Positions 60,401 to 64,000 of a stretch of 64,000 bases of DNA are shown here, piece after piece. The notes under the pieces are model-generated. The model had not been told where the DNA came from. It saw only the letters and a list, made by a program, of their open reading frames with translations, and searched no databases. The number at the start of each line of letters is the position of its first letter. Position 1 is the first letter of the stretch. The stretch is from positions 6,696,001 to 6,760,000 of the forward strand of contig NC_092348.1 of assembly GCF_963676685.1 (NCBI RefSeq). The letters run 5' to 3'. The translations under genes were made by a program, and so were the position numbers. The DNA is from Mytilus edulis. Taxonomy: Eukaryota.

Positions 60401-63400
60401 GTAAAAGAACCTTGCTGCTCTTCTCTACACATGTTCCAATTATTTTTCTTAGTTGTTTTGGATTTTGATTTTTGATTTTTTTGTGTTTTGAACGCAACTT
60501 TTAAGCACCGCATTTAGGTTATTTCGTGGCGGCCAGTTTTCATTGGTGGAGGAACCTGGAGTCCACCCACCTTCGACTGAAAAACTGACAATCCTAGTCA
60601 ATTATGATTGGAGTCGAGTGCACCGGCGTGAGCGGGGTTCGAACTCACAACATCCGTGTTGATTTGCTAGTGAATACTGTAGTAAATACTTAGACCACTC
60701 GACCACCGAGGCCTCAAAGATGTTTTGGATTGGGTCCTATACAGTGGAAGCATTATAAGGAGTTGGTCTAACCATGGTGATATATGCGTTGGCCTTAACA
60801 TCAGGTTAAGGGTCATCATAACAAATGGACAAATATGGCCGTATTTTCACCTCTAAAACTACTCAGTGTACAGACTTGCCTGTGAAGTTTGGAAAGTTTT
60901 AAGGCCTGGCATCCACTAGATATATGAAAGTTAGATGCTTTTTGTGCTCCAAAAAGATAAAATCGTATTTGGATTTGGATTGACATTTTTTCCTTCCTGC
61001 AGAAGATGTAAAAATAAACAAACATCTGAATTACTTTGATACTGTCCACTCAGATAAACTCTTGAACTCACCTATAAATGTGTAGATATATATTGTCCAT
61101 GCCAATCAAGGTCAATCAATACAAGAAAAACCAGTTCTTACCTGAGAGGGAGCATCTCAAAGTTATATCCCAACTAAGTTTATTTTTACACCTTCTACAG
61201 GAAGGAGAAAAATTCTCAATAAAATCCAAAAAAGATTTCATCTTTCCGATATGCAAAATACATTGAACTTTTATATATCTAGTGGATGCTAGGCCTTTAA
61301 ACTTTCCAAACTGCACAGGTATGTCTGTACATAGAGTGATTTTGGGTTAAAAATTCGGCCATATTTGTCTTTGATGTTTTACCTAGTCTGTTTGATGTAA
61401 GTTTTTCACTGTATGTCGTGATCAAAGGTAGCTTCTATGTATTTCCCATGCTTAACTACATTTAAGGTGTGACCATGTAGTTGGTAGTTCTCAATTAGTA
61501 GATTTCCTTTGTTGATAATCAGTGTCGTAATGCACTTCTCGTGATGGAAATTAAACTGCCATTGTGTCTTCCACTCTTGGAGTTTGTTTACGTCATGTAA
61601 TGTCTGGCTGTTATTGCTGTTCTTGATCTTCCTAAAAACTGCCTTATAGCTAACATTGTGGAAGGTCGTTTGTGTACAAAATGTAGGCCAGGAATAAAAG
61701 TATTCCAATGCTACTGTCAACTGTTGTACCCCCGAGATGACGTCTAGTGGTCGGATGTATGCCATTAAAGCAATACCGATTGGGTTTTCTTGCTGATAAA
61801 GTATTTTATCCACTGGAGTTGTAATCCTTTTTTTAACTACCTTAGTCAATGTTTGTTTTGTTCACACATCGTTGTCAACATAATGGAATTTGATGCTACT
61901 TTCGTACCTTCAAGTGAGAGGTTTAGTTAGCTTTAAAACAAGGTTTAATCCACCATTTTCTACATAAGAAAATGCCTGTAACAAGTCAGGAATATGACAA
62001 TTGTTATCCATTCATTTCATGTGTTTGAGCTTTTGATTTTGTCATTTGAATAGGGACTTTCCTTTTTGAATTTTCCCCGGAGTTCAGTAGTTTTGTGATT
62101 TTACTTTTTCTGGTTTCCTTTTCTAGTTTCTTGCTATTTTGATCTAGATTTATCCAGAGTTTGGGTTTATGTGATCTGTTTGCTCTGAACCCGTTTTGAT
62201 GGTCACCTAGAATCAAGTGTTGGTCACAGTGATCCATGATGATGTGTACAATATGTTCCAACAGTTTACAGCAGATGAGAGTCAATGAAACTCGTCGGTA
62301 ATCGGAAGCTTTTGTGTTTTTCTCGCTTTTTTAGAACAAAGTTGGCAGCTAGACAGTTGCTTTGGATGGTTCAGGTGTCCAAAGATTTCTAGTGTCAGAT
62401 ATGGTGATATTTGTTTAGTTTCTTCTTCAAGTATATGTATAAGCTGGAATTTCATCAGCTGTCACAGCGACTTTAAATAGCCTTAGCTTGTACACTCCCG
62501 TCAGGCTAACTGTGACAGTGTTCATAGTTGGAAATGGACTTGGTCCCATATCTGGTATGTTATCAATATGTATATGTCTTCTTTTGTTTAGACATATTGA
62601 AATTGTTGGTTTAATATTGAATATGAATATATATGTTGGTGTATCACTGAGGGCCCTCATGGGGTTTTTGATTATGTGATTACTTGGCCGTTTTTTTAAT
62701 GATTATTTGATTATTAAGCCAAATATTTCATGATTATTTGATTACCTAGGACTGTATTTTTAGTTTATGATTATTTGATTACTAAAGATAAGCAAATATT
62801 TAATGATTATGTGATTATATTGGCAAAAAAATGGTGATTATGTGATTACTAGGACCCCCCCCCCCCCCCCCATGAGGGGCCTCATCACTATGGAGTAGGA
62901 CATCTTTGTCCTTTATGGTTACAACGTCTGGTGAGTTTTGGTTCCGGCTCTATCTTTAGATGATATAAAGCACAGCCTTCAATGAATATGTATGTGCCAC
63001 TGGGTGTAGACTTCAGGATCAGCAAGAAATGTGGCTCTTTAATTATTAAGTGTCTCCAAATTCACTAATTCTAAAAAAAAATTATAACATTTCACCTGTT
63101 AGTTTAAGATTAGCTGCAGAACCGTACGTAGCTCTTGAGCTAGCTTCAGATGAGAAGAATTTTTTGAACTATATATCATATATTTTTTTTATAAATGCAT
63201 TACCACGTCTGGCAAGGCTATTTTAATTTTTTTTCTGGGACGCCTCTGGGGGTACATGTAACAGGTTTTGTCTGATTACAACGTAATGAATAACTTTCAT
63301 GGGCACCTTTCAAATATTATTTATGTGAAAGTTGACTTAGTGGTTACATGCAGTTTATAAAGAACAGTGCCTCTTACCAAACTGATTGTGGACGAAGTGA

Positions 63401-63562
63401 TCGATGCCTACTATGCGTTTTAAAAATTCCCGCGAAAAAGGTTTTTGGCGGGAAATATTTCTCTTACCTTCCATTAATCCTTACTGATAATCCATCCATT
63501 GTGTAGCCATTTTCTACAATTTCGTTCAAAAGATAAGGTTCTCCATGTTTAATACCACCCAT
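54168..63562 (-). CDS. TEN1: CST complex subunit TEN1 (120 aa, 2 coding exons: 63562-63468 and 54435-54168)
   Basis: MGGIKHGEPYLLNEIV...DGLSVRING R LLQHD...VNTSLIEP...GSLFQLIGEL...LNARLVRCIDGMDLVIYKKALELQRQY aligns by eye with human TEN1 (OB fold); phase-2 AG|gtaag...tgcag|G junction restores the frame. Confidence 0.92.
54598..54855 (-). mobile_element. Second HINE-like copy with a single core repeat
   Basis: Clear similarity to 50521-50974 (tcattttctatgttcag, gatcatatca, ttcaacttcatcaaaaactac, ggacggacggacagac, gcataaaaa). Confidence 0.75.
54871..56425. mobile_element. Non-autonomous DNA transposon, CATAC...GTATG termini, 3-bp TTA TSD
   Basis: tta|catacctgccaact ... aggttcacatgtatg|tta; imperfect short TIR. 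Confidence 0.5.
57266..57580 (-). mobile_element. tRNA-derived SINE with Deu/Nin-like central domain
   Basis: The - strand head GAGAGCCGTGGTGTAGTGG (A box)...GGTTCGATTCC (B box); body contains CACGTAAAAGA..CCC...TTTC.AAAAAGAGCAGG, resembling the Deu/Nin domain from memory. Confidence 0.8.
57817..57990 (+). repeat. Dispersed repeat, second copy at ~61935-62108
   Basis: ttaatccaccatttt...gaaaatgcctgta.caagtcaggaatatgaca...ttcagta.ttttgtgattttactt in both places. Confidence 0.85.
58830..59310. repeat. Three diverged ~165-bp tandem core repeats (HINE-type)
   Basis: cggtaaa.gtgac.c.acc.aaatt and aac.tttggt...ggcaaac recur three times; ends in ...gacacacggac. Confidence 0.75.
60121..60293. other. 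Assembly gap (173 N)
   Basis: Run of N. Confidence 1.
60480..60713 (-). mobile_element. tRNA-derived SINE with V-like domain
   Basis: The - strand reads GGCCTCGGTGGTCGAGTGG (A box)...GAGTTCGAACCCC (B box), then CTCCAGGTTCCTCCACCAATGAAAACTGGCCGCCACGA, resembling the V-SINE domain from memory. Confidence 0.75.
60810..61385. mobile_element. MITE with long (~110-bp) diverged TIRs
   Basis: 60828-60938 is an inverted match to 61261-61369 (gacaaatatggccg...gtttggaaagttt.aaggcct.gcatccactagatatat). Confidence 0.8.
62649..62883. mobile_element. MITE with 16-bp TIR and 6-bp TSD (ATCACT)
   Basis: atcact|gagggccctcatgggg ... ccccatgaggggcctc|atcact; internal TGATTA(T)(G/T)TGATTA repeats. Confidence 0.88.
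63427..63455. promoter_or_regulatory. Inverted pair of E2F consensus sites in TEN1 intron 1
   Basis: TTCCCGCGAAAA-ag-g-t-TTTTGGCGGGAAA; both halves match TTTSSCGS; ~13 bp from the exon 1 donor. Confidence 0.6.
63468..63562 (-). CDS. TEN1: TEN1 exon 1 (absent from the ORF track)
   Basis: ATG at 63562, 31 codons plus AG, donor gtaaga. Confidence 0.88.
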
Positions 63563-63847
63563 ACTCTGCATTTTGAACCATGCAAAAAATGTATGTCCAG
63601 AACAAATACACGTTGATGGACTCGTTAACGAACAAATCGAACAAGTTCGAGAAGTTCGAAGGGAAGGATGTTACAATGACAGCAAAATTTGATTGGCCGA
63701 AAAGTATATTACAAGTTACCATATTGCATTCAATGAATTCATTCAAACGAAATCATTAATATTTTTATGATTTTAATTGACTCCTTTTTTTTAAACTGTT
63801 AAAGGATTTTTAATGTCAACAATCTAGTAGTTATGACAACGTCAGAA

Positions 63848-63870
63848 TCACGTAATCAAAATGGCGACCA
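63848..63870 (+). promoter_or_regulatory. YY1-like motif (CAAAATGGCG) and TCACGT in the TEN1 upstream region
   Basis: Motif match in a locally CpG-richer segment ~300 bp upstream of the TEN1 ATG. Confidence 0.35.
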
Positions 63871-64000
63871 TCGGCAAGAAATTTTGACAGCCGTAAACTT
63901 GCAGAGGTTGTTTTAACATTTATGATTTTACAGGGCTTTAAATCACAATATTTCTCAGTTGAAGTTATTTTTTTTACTCTTGATACTTATTATATTCTTA

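Larger units (their letters stand above)
59690..62640 (-). pseudogene. Fragmented, decayed CR1-type LINE ORF2 relic
   Basis: Collinear - strand peptides interrupted by insertions: GPSPFPTM (~62.5k), TLICCKLLEHIV...QNGFR (~62.2k), VISGV..., LQEW...WQFNF..EKC...YQLHG (~61.5k), AYITMVRP...ASTV*DP (~60.75k), PGCVSSLM..LKW....RR....MVYKI (~59.85k). Confidence 0.8.

Noticed and set aside
63549-63746. 65-aa ORF as the TEN1 N-terminus
   Set aside because: Wrong frame; the TEN1-like frame starts at ATG 63562.

Overview
AT-rich animal genomic DNA; gene structure and repeat content suggest a bivalve mollusc, probably Mytilus (inference). (1) Most of the window (about 2.1-46.4 kb, +) is one spliced gene that I assembled by hand into 22 phase-compatible coding exons (about 1128 aa). 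It encodes a signal peptide, 7 Ig domains, 1 FN3, 1 degenerate FN3-like domain, a TM helix and a Tyr/Pro-motif-rich tail ending ESGYNTP...KKVIYEVVV*, which is the architecture and C-terminus of an echinoid/fred-type adhesion receptor. (2) The 21-kb intron between ectodomain and TM exon holds an intact 5.3-kb two-ORF LINE, a TTAA-TSD MITE and a 190-bp hairpin. It also holds candidate stop-containing 3' ends and phase-matched ATG mini-exons that could split the receptor into a secreted ectodomain and an ectodomain-less membrane/cytoplasmic isoform. (3) An orphan 1.28-kb exon-like ORF at 49.2-50.4 kb may be an alternative cytoplasmic tail. (4) A two-exon TEN1 gene (CST complex) lies on the - strand. 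Its 9-kb intron is a stack of nested SINEs, MITEs, HINE-like elements and a shattered CR1-type LINE, with paired E2F sites next to exon 1. There is a 173-N assembly gap. All splicing and isoform calls are sequence inferences without transcript data.
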